From Thainema sp. (lineage in GTDB: Bacteria > Cyanobacteriota > Cyanobacteriia > Phormidesmidales > Phormidesmidaceae): DNA of 64,000 nucleotides. This document shows positions 51,336 to 63,400 of this stretch, in pieces. The translations under genes and the position numbers were made by a program. The notes below the pieces were generated by a model, which saw only the letters and a list, made by a program, of their open reading frames with translations, was not told the DNA's origin and did not search any database. The stretch spans positions 19,536 to 83,535 of the forward strand of contig JBQLZK010000027.1 in assembly GCA_052168235.1 (NCBI GenBank), in the 5' to 3' direction. How positions within the stretch are numbered: position 1 is the first letter of the stretch; each line of letters starts with the position of its first letter.

Positions 51336-51671
51336 TTAGCTTGATGAATTGAAGGAATAGGCATCGAGTTCGGTATGAAAGCGGGGATGCAATCGCTCCT
51401 TGACGGGATTGCCGTTCTTCAAATGCTGCTCGATGATGCGGGGCACATCGGCTGTGGCGACGCGGCAGTACCACACGTCATCTGGCATCACACGTACGGT
51501 TGGCCCGGAACCACATTGACCCATACAGTCGCTTTCGGCAATCATCACGCCCTTGGGTTTATCGGCTTGGCGAAACGTAGCTAGTACTTCAGCCGATCCG
51601 TTTCGCTGGCAGGAGCGATGTTGACAGACCATGACGCAGCAGCGGCGGGGTTTAATTGGATTAGAAGTCAC
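51336..51671 (-). CDS. Thioredoxin-like [2Fe-2S] ferredoxin
   Basis: VCQHRSC...CMGQCGSGP. Confidence 0.88.
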   Translation of the reverse strand: MTSNPIKPRRCCVMVCQHRSCQRNGSAEVLATFRQADKPKGVMIAESDCMGQCGSGPTVRVMPDDVWYCRVATADVPRIIEQHLKNGNPVKERLHPRFHTELDAYSFNSSS

Positions 51672-51775
51672 AGGCGAACCGGGATGAGACGACCAAAGAG
51701 TGACCTTATCCTAACGATCTGCGGCGCATTTGCCGTCGTCAAAATTACGAGAATATTGGGTACACAAACCTTAAT

Positions 51776-52243
51776 CTATACACCGAGCCAGCGATTGAGG
51801 ACGCGGTTGACCGAGCGGGTAATTTGGCGGCGGCGACGCCAGCGTTGGAAGGCGGCTTCATAGGTGGGGCTTTCGGAGTGGTAGACTTTCCAGGCGTGTA
51901 GAGAGAGGCCTAGTCCCCAAAGGAGGGCAATGAATAAGGCCCCAGAGATATTGTCGAAAGCGGTGATGCCGATAGCGAGCAGAAATCCGTTGACGATGCC
52001 GTATTTGACGGCATGATTTTTGAATTCTCGCCGCTGCTGTATATCAAAGACTTGGCGCTCTTGCAGTTCACCTTTGTGGGTAAACCATTCTTGCTCTGCC
52101 AGTCGGAGATTGGCAGGGGAAATACCCAACTCCTCAGCAATTTCAAGCATTTGCCGCTCAGTCAGCTCGTCTGTTTGAGCTTGTCGTGCGATCGCACGAC
52201 AGAGAATTTCTTGGATGTCGTCGGAATGGTAAAGCTCGGCCAT
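51776..52243 (-). CDS. 2TM domain protein
   Basis: LEIAEELGIS, two TM helices, WGLGLSLHAW. Confidence 0.8.
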   Translation of the reverse strand: MAELYHSDDIQEILCRAIARQAQTDELTERQMLEIAEELGISPANLRLAEQEWFTHKGELQERQVFDIQQRREFKNHAVKYGIVNGFLLAIGITAFDNISGALFIALLWGLGLSLHAWKVYHSESPTYEAAFQRWRRRRQITRSVNRVLNRWLGV

Positions 52244-52381
52244 GATGCATCAACTGGAACCACCTACCCTTTAGTTATAGAAAACAATTGCTGCGGCTAA
52301 CTACTCTCTAGAGGTGTGGATTGCCCACCAAAATCCAGGCGAACAGCAACTGCCGCAACGCGGCAGCTGCTGTTCGCAAAA

Positions 52382-53914
52382 CTACAACGCTTCAATCTGC
52401 CGCACAGCGGTTAGGGCCGAATAGCTGACGCCTGCGGTGCCTTCACCGGGGTGGGTGCAGTCGCCGACCAGCCAGAGGCGGTTGATGGGGGTGCGGTTGG
52501 CGAAGCCGAAAGGGCCAAAGGTGGGGACTCGCTGACCGATGCCGCCGACTTCGCCGCGATCGCGGGCAGTGAAGTCAGCGAAAGTGCGGGGTGTGGCGGC
52601 TTCTTGGTAAAGAATGGTTTCGTCGGTTAGATGGAAATATTGGCTGAGTTTTGCGATCGCACCTTCAGTATATTCCTGCTTCAGCGCTTCATAATCGGCA
52701 TATTTCCACCATTGATCCGGATCGGTAAAGGATGAGGCAATGACGGTGGCTTGACCGGATGGAGCGCGACCGTCACTGGGTTGACTGACGGAGACAAAGA
52801 GAGAGTTGTTTTCGCCGATGGGGCCATCGGCATCGTACAAAAACTGGAGATGGGGCGGGCAGTCGGCGGGAATGGCGGCCTGATCGACACCGAGATAGAT
52901 GACAAAGGCCCCGGAGGCGGGCGGTAGCTTATCGACCCGCTGCCGATAGCCGGAGGGAGCGGCTTCCCCCAACAGCTTGACTAAACTTTGCACGGTGACA
53001 TTGGCAATCACGTGATCGGCAGGTTCCATCCAGGTTTCGTCGGTTCTGGTATTGCGGACAGTGACGCCGCGCACCTGGTCTTGGTCAACGTGGATTTGCT
53101 CAACTGAGTGGTGCATGTGGAGACGACTCCCATCTCGCTTCAGCGCTTTGACGAGGACGGTGCTGAGGGACTGCATACTGCCCTCTAGGTGAAATAAGCC
53201 TTGGGGTTCCTGAGATACACCCAAAGCCGTTGCCGCATAGAGCAGAGCAGTTTCGTCGGCGTCTACTTGGGAATAGAGCTTTAATTGCAAATCCAAAAAG
53301 GTTTTCAGGCGATGGTCATTCTGTAGCCCGCAGCCGCGCAGCACTTGGCCCACAGTTGACAACGTATAGGGCAGTGTTAGCAACGTGTCAGGACGCACGG
53401 CTTTGACCAGTTGCCACAGATCCCAGGGACTGCGGGGCGGCAGAACCGGATCGCGAGACTGAAAGCGCCAGCTATAGCGAAATAGGCGCTCCATCAGTTG
53501 CCAAAAGGGTTCGCTGCCGGGAAACTGCCGCTGTCGTTCGGCTCGCCACTGGTCGGGATTGCGCCAGACGCGAATCGGTTCGGTTTCTCCGGGTAGGTAG
53601 ACGGCACAGGCCGGATCGCAAGGTCGCGCCTCCGGTGGGTCAATCTCTAGTTCTGCAAAAATGCGGTGATGAATGCCGCCGGGTTCTAAACCTGCGACCT
53701 GAGTAGCCCCCACATCAAACGTGAAACCATGCCGTTTGAATGTTGAGGCACAGCCGCCCGGTACGATTGCCTGATCGAATACCGTTACGTCGTAGCCGCG
53801 ATGGGCTAAGAGAGCAGCGGCGGTGAGGCCACCGATTCCGGCACCCACGACAATAATGCGGTTACCCGAAGATAAGGATGGATCAGAAGTTGAAACCGGA
53901 GAAGGAGTCGGCAT
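52382..53914 (-). CDS. crtD: Carotenoid C-3',4' desaturase
   Basis: GAGIGGL FAD motif, FDVGATQVAGLEPGGIH, HPGEGTAGVSYSA. Confidence 0.85.
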   Translation of the reverse strand: MPTPSPVSTSDPSLSSGNRIIVVGAGIGGLTAAALLAHRGYDVTVFDQAIVPGGCASTFKRHGFTFDVGATQVAGLEPGGIHHRIFAELEIDPPEARPCDPACAVYLPGETEPIRVWRNPDQWRAERQRQFPGSEPFWQLMERLFRYSWRFQSRDPVLPPRSPWDLWQLVKAVRPDTLLTLPYTLSTVGQVLRGCGLQNDHRLKTFLDLQLKLYSQVDADETALLYAATALGVSQEPQGLFHLEGSMQSLSTVLVKALKRDGSRLHMHHSVEQIHVDQDQVRGVTVRNTRTDETWMEPADHVIANVTVQSLVKLLGEAAPSGYRQRVDKLPPASGAFVIYLGVDQAAIPADCPPHLQFLYDADGPIGENNSLFVSVSQPSDGRAPSGQATVIASSFTDPDQWWKYADYEALKQEYTEGAIAKLSQYFHLTDETILYQEAATPRTFADFTARDRGEVGGIGQRVPTFGPFGFANRTPINRLWLVGDCTHPGEGTAGVSYSALTAVRQIEAL

Positions 53915-54127
53915 GTGCGATCGCGTTTCACTCGCTTTTTACATTTCTTAACTCTTCTATCATAGAGAATCGGCCTAATTCCCTGCAATTCCGTTGCTTA
54001 ACTGGGTGTGGGCATGGGAACACTCAGAAAGATATAAAGTCCGGTTGAGATTTCTCCGGCTTTCCCGCAGGTCGTGGGGAAAATGGAACATAATTGCTCA
54101 ACAGTCTGTGTCTTGAACTCAAAATCT

Positions 54128-54592
54128 ATGATGAAGTTGGTTTCCAAGTTTGCTACCAAATTTGCTCCATTAACGGTTTTGCCTCTGGCAACGTTAGCAC
54201 TCGGCTTTAACGCAGCCACCGTCAAAGCCCAAAGCACTATGTATGTTCCTATTCCTATCCAGTCCAACCAGCCCGTTGACGATGTGTTGTCGAATAGCGA
54301 TATTCCGACCGGATTCGGCGGATATTCACGCGACTATACGCTAGATCTGACAGAAGGCGATCAGGTCGCGATTGACCTGACGTCAGATGAATTCGATACG
54401 CTGGTGTCGCTGATTGCTCCCGATGGTTCAACATTGGGCGAAAACGATGATGGGCCAGATGGTACAACTAATTCACTCTTGTTTGCTCGCATTACCCAAG
54501 GCGGCAAGTACACTGTGCGTGTACGTTCCTATGCCGGTGACGGCATTGGCCCGTTTACGCTGAAGGTTACGCGTTTACGTCCAGTTGAGTAA
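54128..54592 (+). CDS. Secreted PPC-domain protein
   Basis: Signal peptide; IDLTSDEFDT, ENDDGPDGTTNS. Confidence 0.8.
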   Translation: MMKLVSKFATKFAPLTVLPLATLALGFNAATVKAQSTMYVPIPIQSNQPVDDVLSNSDIPTGFGGYSRDYTLDLTEGDQVAIDLTSDEFDTLVSLIAPDGSTLGENDDGPDGTTNSLLFARITQGGKYTVRVRSYAGDGIGPFTLKVTRLRPVE

Positions 54593-54729
54593 GGGAAAGC
54601 CTGATTGGCTAAAAGGGTGATACCAAATCTGGTTATAAAGTCGCAGAATAAGATTTAATATCTAAATTTCAGAGCCCAAGGCTAGCGCTGCTAACCTTGG
54701 GCTCTGAACTATGGGTAAACCGTTAAGAA

Positions 54730-55905
54730 CTAGCACGATCCGTCATCACAGTTGTCAAACGGCCACCAGTCATTGTTGGAGCCATTGTCACGATTGAGAT
54801 GCTCAAGCTGATGCTTATCCACTTCGACGACGCCTTGCCAGGTGACGTAGAAGCCCGGAATCCAGTCGCGCAAAAAATAATACATTAGCGCCAGATATTC
54901 ATCAGTGGCATGAGTCGAAACCGCTAGAGCTTCTGCACTGGGAATAAACGTCGCTAGCTTTTGTAAGAAGCCGTTAGGATTCGGGACAGCAAATTCGTAA
55001 TATTCAGTCGGACGCGCAACCGCACGAATATTTTTGCGATAGAACGCTAGGCCAACGCGCTGCATCATGTGGGCAGGTGCGATCGCAATTACCCGAGGCC
55101 AATTATTCGCTTTGGGATAGCGGAGCAGCTCCCGCACCCGCAGCACAGATGCCCGCACCTGTAGACCCGTTGACCCCACCTGCACTTGCACCGGATCAAC
55201 CCCATGCCGAGCTAAAAAGTCAACGATGCGATCAGCCTCGTCAATCGTCTGGGGAAATCGCTGATCGATGGGTGGCCCACCAGTGACATAAACCAGGGGA
55301 CGATGGCCTTGGAACGCCACCTGATCCTGATAGAGCTGAGCCGCATAGGCTAGACTGGCAACCTGCGACATCACCAAGAGACCGTTGCTGGACTGGTAAA
55401 TCTGCGCCAAGGGATCAACCCACGTGTCGATATGCTGAATCCCTTCGGTGAAGACCACAATGGCATCAATCGTTTCATGTGCCGGAGCCAACTGCACCGG
55501 ACACAGCTCAGCACAGAGTGCATGTTGTTTCAGCGCCGATTCAAAAACAGCCCGCTCTAGATTACCAATTAAGAATGCACTAATCAGCGGCATGCTGAAT
55601 ACAATCAATAAAGCTGTCGCCCACCAGATTTGCTGGTTTTTTACCTTTTTCCAACCGTCCCGCATGGAATACAGCAGCAAAATAATGACTAAGCCCAGCG
55701 GGCGTAACGGTAGCGATAGAATTTGCCACGCTACAGATGCATCATCATCATTGGGTTCAACAAACACAAAAAACAGCAAAGCCAAGATGACAAAACCGCC
55801 AAACCAGGTCAGGTAGGCTCTGGGAATAAACTTGACCAGAATGTACCAAATGAGCCAGCCGATGAGTGCCCAGAGCAAAATTCGGCTCAACAGTACCAGT
55901 AGCAT
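54730..55905 (-). CDS. Divergent YdcF/DUF218-like membrane protein
   Basis: N-terminal TM helices, DAIVVF, VTGG, APAHMMQR. Confidence 0.65.
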   Translation of the reverse strand: MLLVLLSRILLWALIGWLIWYILVKFIPRAYLTWFGGFVILALLFFVFVEPNDDDASVAWQILSLPLRPLGLVIILLLYSMRDGWKKVKNQQIWWATALLIVFSMPLISAFLIGNLERAVFESALKQHALCAELCPVQLAPAHETIDAIVVFTEGIQHIDTWVDPLAQIYQSSNGLLVMSQVASLAYAAQLYQDQVAFQGHRPLVYVTGGPPIDQRFPQTIDEADRIVDFLARHGVDPVQVQVGSTGLQVRASVLRVRELLRYPKANNWPRVIAIAPAHMMQRVGLAFYRKNIRAVARPTEYYEFAVPNPNGFLQKLATFIPSAEALAVSTHATDEYLALMYYFLRDWIPGFYVTWQGVVEVDKHQLEHLNRDNGSNNDWWPFDNCDDGSC

Positions 55906-56083
55906 GGCGTCTTTCTCGCAGGTTTATTCAATCTGCTGATGCAGATCATCCACACTGTTTTATAGCAAATCCATCCATTTCGCTATCACTTCATGACGGA
56001 ATTTGTGATAAAGCAGACAACACCACACATTTTTCCAGAAGCAAGACATAATCAAAGCACAGAACGACTTAACCCAATCCAAG

Positions 56084-56971
56084 TTGGATTATCAACCCAT
56101 GTATGCTCTTGCTGTATTCGCGCTGGTCATCATTGGCTACATGGTTGCCTCGGTTCGGATTATCAACCAAAGCAACCAAGCTCTTGTTGAGCGTCTCGGT
56201 CGCTATCACCGTAAGTTAGGCCCAGGACTCAACTTCATCGTGCCCTTCCTCGATAACATCGTGCTGGAAGACACGACCCGTGAGCAGGTGTTAGACATCG
56301 ATCCCCAAGCTGCGATCACCCGCGACAACGTTTCGTTGCAGGTCGATGCCGTCGTATTCTGGCGCATCCTCGATCTGGAGCGCATGTATTACGAAATTGA
56401 CGACATTGAAACCGCGATTCGTAATCTCGTTCTCACCACGCTGCGATCGGAAATTGGTCAAATGGCGTTTGAAGATACGTTTTCATCCCGCGCCACCATT
56501 AACCAGGCGCTACTGAATCACCTGGATGAGGTGACGGCACCTTGGGGCGTGAAGGTCACTCGGGTTGAAGTGCAGCGTATTGAACCCTCTAAAGCCGTGC
56601 TGGAATCGATGGAAAAACAGCAGGCGGCTGAGATTAAAAAGCGAGCTGCGATCGCAGAAGCTCAGGGTACTGTGGAATCAATGCAGATGCTTTCTAAGGC
56701 GTTTGAGAGCCACGGTAGCAGCAGCGCTGATATTTTGCGCTATCTCATTGCCCAACGCTATGTGGAAGCGAATCAAAAGCTGGGCGAGAGCGAAAACACC
56801 AAGATCTTGTTTATGGATCCCGGTTCGCTAGACGAAGCGATTACCGATTTGCTGGGCTACGAAAACGGCGATCAGAATGGTGGGCCATCTCCTCGCCGTT
56901 CTCCCAGAACCAATCGTTCTCAATCCGGTTCCTCTGATCCAAATGGTGCCAATGGGGGCAGTTCGGGTTAA
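56084..56971 (+). CDS. SPFH/stomatin family protein
   Basis: VERLGRY, AITRDNVSLQVDAVV, WGVKVTRVE. Confidence 0.92.
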   Translation: MDYQPMYALAVFALVIIGYMVASVRIINQSNQALVERLGRYHRKLGPGLNFIVPFLDNIVLEDTTREQVLDIDPQAAITRDNVSLQVDAVVFWRILDLERMYYEIDDIETAIRNLVLTTLRSEIGQMAFEDTFSSRATINQALLNHLDEVTAPWGVKVTRVEVQRIEPSKAVLESMEKQQAAEIKKRAAIAEAQGTVESMQMLSKAFESHGSSSADILRYLIAQRYVEANQKLGESENTKILFMDPGSLDEAITDLLGYENGDQNGGPSPRRSPRTNRSQSGSSDPNGANGGSSG

Positions 56972-57019
56972 TGTCGTTCGGGCCGATAAATTACAAATCT
57001 GGTAAGTAGCTGCATATAT

Positions 57020-57052
57020 CTAAAAAACCGGGGCGCTCCCCCGGTTTTTTAG
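57020..57052. terminator. Bidirectional intrinsic terminator
   Basis: AAAAAACCGGGG...CCCCGGTTTTTT between convergent genes. Confidence 0.8.
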
Positions 57053-57082
57053 ATGCGATTATTTATGCCGACCTACTATAAG

Positions 57083-58138
57083 TTAACTGAGAATGTCTTG
57101 GAACCACTGCTCAAACCGCTGACTAAATGCGTCCAGCGAGTAGAGCTGTTCCGCCTGCTGCCGACAGTAGTGACGATTGAGCTGGTCAATGTCTCCAATC
57201 GCGTCAATCAGTCCATCAACGCTATCCGGTTCAACCAGCCAGCCGGTTTGACCAGACTGCACAATTTCGGCTGGGCCTCCCCGCTGATAGGCAATCACTG
57301 GTACACCGCAGGCCAGGGCTTCAATGGCGACAATCCCAAACGCCTCAACCCAGCGCGGCGTCATAACTAACGCCCGACACTGACGCAAAATCGCCTGCAG
57401 CTTGTCGGTGCTGAGAAACCCCAGATATTCAATTGGTGCAGACGGATAGGTCGCTTGAATGCGCCGCCAATAGGCTTGATCTTCAACTTTCCCCATGATT
57501 TTTAGGGGTATCTGAGTTGCCTGTGCCGCCGCCACCGCATCTTCTAACCCTTTTTCTGGTGAAATCCGCCCTAGCCAAGCCAATGCCGACTCAGGAGCGG
57601 CATTGAATTCGTACTGGGACAAATCAATCCCACTGCCTAAACAGCGGCACTGGTCGGCAAAGGAAAACGTCTCGGCTTGAGTGCGGGTATAAACGCCAAT
57701 TGTGCCTGGAAAAACTTGAATAACCTGATTGGCAACTTGATCCAGCGCCTCAGACAGCGAACCCATACTGATGAAATGCGCGATCGCAGTTTCGAAAAAC
57801 GGTGTCAGATAAAACGGTAGCCAGTCGTAGGCGAAATTAACCAGCAAATCATAGTCCTGCTGCACGGTTTGCGCATAGCTCCACATGTTGGCTAGCACGG
57901 CATTACCCGGCAGCGTGATTGGCACATCACGAGTCTGAGTTTGGGCGGCGGTTTGAAACTGCCCTGGAATTTCAATTACCTCTATCCCTGTAAGTTCGGA
58001 GGTAGCAGGTGCAACCACTGTAACCTGATGGCCACGCCGGATGAAATCCTGCCCAATCACCCGCAGGGTCAACTCAACTCCGCCGCCTAATCCTGATCCC
58101 AATGGGCCAACGGGGGTTGAAACAAACAGAAGCCGCAT
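57083..58138 (-). CDS. Glycosyltransferase family 4
   Basis: GRISPEKG, EAFGIVAIEALACGVPV. Confidence 0.92.
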   Translation of the reverse strand: MRLLFVSTPVGPLGSGLGGGVELTLRVIGQDFIRRGHQVTVVAPATSELTGIEVIEIPGQFQTAAQTQTRDVPITLPGNAVLANMWSYAQTVQQDYDLLVNFAYDWLPFYLTPFFETAIAHFISMGSLSEALDQVANQVIQVFPGTIGVYTRTQAETFSFADQCRCLGSGIDLSQYEFNAAPESALAWLGRISPEKGLEDAVAAAQATQIPLKIMGKVEDQAYWRRIQATYPSAPIEYLGFLSTDKLQAILRQCRALVMTPRWVEAFGIVAIEALACGVPVIAYQRGGPAEIVQSGQTGWLVEPDSVDGLIDAIGDIDQLNRHYCRQQAEQLYSLDAFSQRFEQWFQDILS

Positions 58139-58490
58139 ACTGCAATGATTAATTTAAGTGGGATGCCTGAATTCGAACCAGCAGCTTTCTCATTCTGAGT
58201 CAAATTTAGAAAGCTCTAATTCCGTTCGACGCCTGATTATAGCAACTCGTCGCAGTATTTCTTGTATCCTCAACGGGTTGATCATTCGGTAGTCCTCCAA
58301 AAAGCGGTGAATTTGGGCTGTATGAGCGGTGCCCACACCCCAAAATTCATTACCTGAAAACCGCGATCATTCAACGATTAAGCACCAGTTGCGAACCATG
58401 CTCAGGTTGCAGGTTGAGCCAATCGGGTAATAGGCAATCCCTCCACCCTCTAGCTAACCTAGAAACGTTCAATCCAAGGTTAATCGCTCC

Positions 58491-59129
58491 ATGTCGCTGA
58501 ACAACTACGAAATCAAGCTGTTGGCAGCGATCACCATGCTGATTGATCACATTGGCGCAGTCTTCTTTCCCGGCATTGCTATTTTGCGCATTATTGGGCG
58601 GATCAGCTTTCCCCTGTTCGTCGTGCTGCTGGTGGATGGCGAAAAACATACTCACAATGCTAAGCATTATGGCCTCCGGCTTTTGCTGCTCGGTCTGGTT
58701 TCACAGCCCATCTATCAACTCTTATTTGAATCGACGCAGCGCAATATTCTCTTCCTGCTGTTGTTAGGGCTATTGTGCTTGCGATTGGTCAGGCTCTTGC
58801 CAAAGTGGCAACTTGTGATTTGGATGGCAGGAGCTGCGATCTCACAATTCCTCGACTTAGAATATGGCGCATATGGCATAGGACTCATTGCGCTGATTCG
58901 CTATTTTCAACCTCGTTCAATCTGGTGGGCTGGCTGGATTGGTCTTCACCTTGGCTATTTGCTAATTGCGCCAGGACTGGCAGCCTTCCAGTTTCCTGCC
59001 ATCTTTGCTCCACTCCTGCTATACGCCGCCAATCACCAGCGTGGCCCCAAAGCGAGATGGTTTTACCTGTTCTACCCGCTGCATCTACTGTTGTTGTGGC
59101 TGCTGTATCGCTGGATCACTAACTTATGA
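58491..59129 (+). CDS. TraX-family membrane protein
   Basis: IKLLAAITMLIDHIG, GRISFPLF, FYLFYPLHL. Confidence 0.85.
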   Translation: MSLNNYEIKLLAAITMLIDHIGAVFFPGIAILRIIGRISFPLFVVLLVDGEKHTHNAKHYGLRLLLLGLVSQPIYQLLFESTQRNILFLLLLGLLCLRLVRLLPKWQLVIWMAGAAISQFLDLEYGAYGIGLIALIRYFQPRSIWWAGWIGLHLGYLLIAPGLAAFQFPAIFAPLLLYAANHQRGPKARWFYLFYPLHLLLLWLLYRWITNL

Positions 59130-59137
59130 TCTCCATA

Positions 59138-59225
59138 AGACTTTATCGGAAATTGTTTTGTAGCGCGGCGGAGCCGCGCTACAAAACAATTTCCAACCCC
59201 AAAAACTTTACTGCCAATAAAGTCC
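59138..59225. mobile_element. MITE-like element family B, uninterrupted copy
   Basis: First ~73 nt match 13461-13533. Confidence 0.82.
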
Positions 59226-59477
59226 ATAACCGATTAACTAGCTTTGGACATCGCTCTATCAGCCGAACAGGTTGAGGATTAAGGGTTGATGACTCAGTAT
59301 TACAAGCAGTTAATAATTCTATAAGTCAAACTGGTATGTATAGCTGTCGCCACTTTGGTCGAGAAACCTACGAAATCCAGCGTTTCAACGTTTGACGTTT
59401 TCAGAGTTTCCCAACATCCCAACCCGTGTGACTACTGCTATACAACCCGTATCATGGACACCCTTAGGACAACTGCC

Positions 59478-60212
59478 GTGGTTCCTCTTAACGACGACAA
59501 CCCGATTAGAATTACTCCCTGGATTACCTATGGACTGATTGCCGCCAATATCTTGGTTTTTGTTTATGAGCTGATGCTGTCGCCAGCACAGCTAGACGCG
59601 CTGCTGCAAGCGTTTGCAGTCGTACCGGAGCAGCTGACGGCTAGTTTGCAGAGCGGTAGCTTGCCCCAAATTGGCGCTGAGTCGCTCCCCCTGATCACCT
59701 CTCAATTTCTGCACGGCGGTTTTCTGCATTTGGGCGGCAACATGCTGTTTCTCTGGGTGTTTGGCAACAATATTGAAGAAAAGCTGGGACATGTGCCCTA
59801 TCTGTTTTTCTACCTCATCTGTGGAGCGTTGGCCGCCTTAGCTCAATGGGGGGTAGCGATGCAGTCGAGCGTTCCATCGGTTGGAGCCAGCGGTGCGATC
59901 GCAGGTATTCTGGGAGCCTACATTCTGCGTTTTCCCAACGCTCGCATCCTGACGCTGGTGCCAATTGGCATTTTCATCACCACCTTTCGCATCCCTGCCG
60001 TATTTTTTCTGGGATTTTGGTTTTTCCAGCAGTTTCTTTACGGCTTTGCTAGCCTACAGACCACCACAAACATCGAAACTGGCGGTATCGCCTACTGGGC
60101 ACATGCTGGCGGTTTTTTAGTCGGGCTTGCTCTCGGCCCGCTGCTAGGGCTATTTCGTGAGGATTCCGCTAGCTCTAATCGAGATCGATATCGAGACCGA
60201 CTAAGACGCTAA
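59478..60212 (+). CDS. Rhomboid intramembrane serine protease
   Basis: FLHGGFLHLGGNM, GASG, AHAGG; GTG start inferred. Confidence 0.93.
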   Translation: MVPLNDDNPIRITPWITYGLIAANILVFVYELMLSPAQLDALLQAFAVVPEQLTASLQSGSLPQIGAESLPLITSQFLHGGFLHLGGNMLFLWVFGNNIEEKLGHVPYLFFYLICGALAALAQWGVAMQSSVPSVGASGAIAGILGAYILRFPNARILTLVPIGIFITTFRIPAVFFLGFWFFQQFLYGFASLQTTTNIETGGIAYWAHAGGFLVGLALGPLLGLFREDSASSNRDRYRDRLRR

Positions 60213-60239
60213 ATGCGTGCTCGATAGGGTGATTAATAC

Positions 60240-60281
60240 AAAGTAGCGCCGCAATTGTTGTGAAAATTGCGGCGCTACTTT
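60240..60281. terminator. Hairpin between convergent genes
   Basis: AAAGTAGCGCCGCAATT...AATTGCGGCGCTACTTT. Confidence 0.7.
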
Positions 60282-60325
60282 ATTAACGTTACTGATGTGA
60301 CTACTGCATCAGATCTCTACGCTAT

Positions 60326-61672
<1,347 letters not shown>

Positions 61673-61721
61673 CTAATTTCAAGCTTCAATTTGCCGCTGA
61701 TTGACTGATAAAAGTTCTGAT

Positions 61722-61885
61722 GTAGGTTGGCGTTGAGCAAAGCGAAACCTAACACGAAAAAGGGTTTCGATGGGTTATGCTAACGCTAACCCATCCTACG
61801 GTAGAACAAGGTTTTCACTGTAGGGGCGGGTTTAGTAGAACAATCTGTACCGTGTCATAAATTTGACGGCAAAACCCGCCCCTAC
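61722..61885. repeat. GTAG-type REP-like palindromes
   Basis: GTAGG...CCTAC (61722-61799) and GTAGGGGCGGGTTT...AAACCCGCCCCTAC (61820-61885). Confidence 0.75.
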
Positions 61886-61886
61886 C

Positions 61887-62714
61887 TTAATCCGGAATCT
61901 TTGCAGTTTTGACGTTTGTGGCTAACTTTAACCGTTCTAAAACCTGAATCGTCAGCCACACTAGATCGACTTCCCACCAGCGCCAGCCAAATTGGGCGGA
62001 GGACTGGACGGCATGGTGATTGTTGTGCCATCCTTCGCCAAAGGTCAGCAGCGCCACCCACCAGCAGTTGGTTGAGCGATCGTCTACCTCAGAATTGCGA
62101 TAGCCGAACTTATGGCAGGCACTGTTGACAAAGCAGGTACTGTGAAAGCCGACGAATAAACGCACGAAGATACCCCAGACCACAAAGGGCATTCCCCCCA
62201 GCGCATAGAGCAAAACGGCTAAACCGACCTGTAGAGCAATATAGTGCTGATGGCAAAACCGATAGAACGGATCATCAGCGATGTCCTTGGTAAAGCGGCG
62301 TAATTCCGTCCGGCTGGGCACATCATGCATCAGCCAGCTGATGTGACTCCACCACAATCCCTGCGTGGAATCATGAGGGTCGCCTGCACTGTCGGCATAG
62401 AGATGGTGCATCCGGTGGTAGCCAACCCAGCCTTTGACACCGCCCTGACAGGCGAGCGTGCCGCAGAGGATCAAAAAGTATTCCAGCCACTTGGGAGTCT
62501 TAAAGCTGCGGTGGGTCGCTAACCGATGAAAGCCAAGGGAGATGCCCAGTCCAATGGTTAACCAGTACAGGAACAGAGCAACTCCCACCGCAGCCCAACT
62601 GAAGTTAGCCGGAAAGATGGCGAGCAATACACCGAGATGAAGAGCCAGCGTGAAAATAATCACCGTCCAGCGCGGACGGGGTGAATGATTAAGCGAGAGA
62701 TTGGTATCGATCAT
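61887..62714 (-). CDS. Delta-9-type (DesC-like) fatty acid desaturase
   Basis: His boxes HRLATH, HRMHH, HNNHH. Confidence 0.9.
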   Translation of the reverse strand: MIDTNLSLNHSPRPRWTVIIFTLALHLGVLLAIFPANFSWAAVGVALFLYWLTIGLGISLGFHRLATHRSFKTPKWLEYFLILCGTLACQGGVKGWVGYHRMHHLYADSAGDPHDSTQGLWWSHISWLMHDVPSRTELRRFTKDIADDPFYRFCHQHYIALQVGLAVLLYALGGMPFVVWGIFVRLFVGFHSTCFVNSACHKFGYRNSEVDDRSTNCWWVALLTFGEGWHNNHHAVQSSAQFGWRWWEVDLVWLTIQVLERLKLATNVKTAKIPD

Positions 62715-62944
62715 GCAGCTCCTCGTAATTGCGCCTGGTTTAGTTGCGTATCTAATTGCATATAGGACTGCATAGGGTAATCAAATTGTTTCAACGACAT
62801 TATTGTTGTACGTTTTCGTGATGATGTTGGGTCGCTTCCGATTGAAATTCTGCCCATTCTTTGCAGATTTGCTTATAACACTGCCAAGGGGGAATCGGCA
62901 AATCTTTCAGATAAATTGCCAGGTCAGCATATTGGGTGGTTCAC

Positions 62945-63400
62945 TCATGTTGATCTCCTTTCGATCATCAGGTTGGGCTGGAACTCTGGCCAGCGGTGCT
63001 GTACCTGAGCGTAGCACTCAGCCGGAGACAGCTTTAGCTGTTGCAGTAGATTAATATCAATGGTGCCGTTGCCCGCGACCAAGACAATGACGGCCTGAGT
63101 GGGGTCATAGGTTGCGATCTCAGTTGACAATGCTGCAACTACCTCAGCTTCCAGTTCCAACCTGTACAAATAGGCTGCAACCTGCGTCTGCGGCACAAAC
63201 ACTAGGTCGAAGGCCACGTTATCGATTTGCCAGTCGATCAAGGTCGAGATCGGGTCAAGCACCTGGCAGACGACGATGCCTCTGCCCGCCTCCACGTAAC
63301 CGCGCCAAGCCGCATAGCCAATGGACAACATGTTTTGATGAATAAACTGGTTTTGCCAGTAGCCAGAGCATCCCTGCCAAACTTCATTTTGCGATCGCAT
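62945..63400 (-). CDS. Hypothetical protein
   Basis: ATG at 63400 after GGAGG; IGYAAWRGY...GRGIVVC. Confidence 0.7.
   Translation of the reverse strand: MRSQNEVWQGCSGYWQNQFIHQNMLSIGYAAWRGYVEAGRGIVVCQVLDPISTLIDWQIDNVAFDLVFVPQTQVAAYLYRLELEAEVVAALSTEIATYDPTQAVIVLVAGNGTIDINLLQQLKLSPAECYAQVQHRWPEFQPNLMIERRST

Noticed and set aside
58491..59129. TraX as a sign of a conjugative element
   Set aside because: No other transfer genes nearby; stand-alone TraX-family proteins are common.
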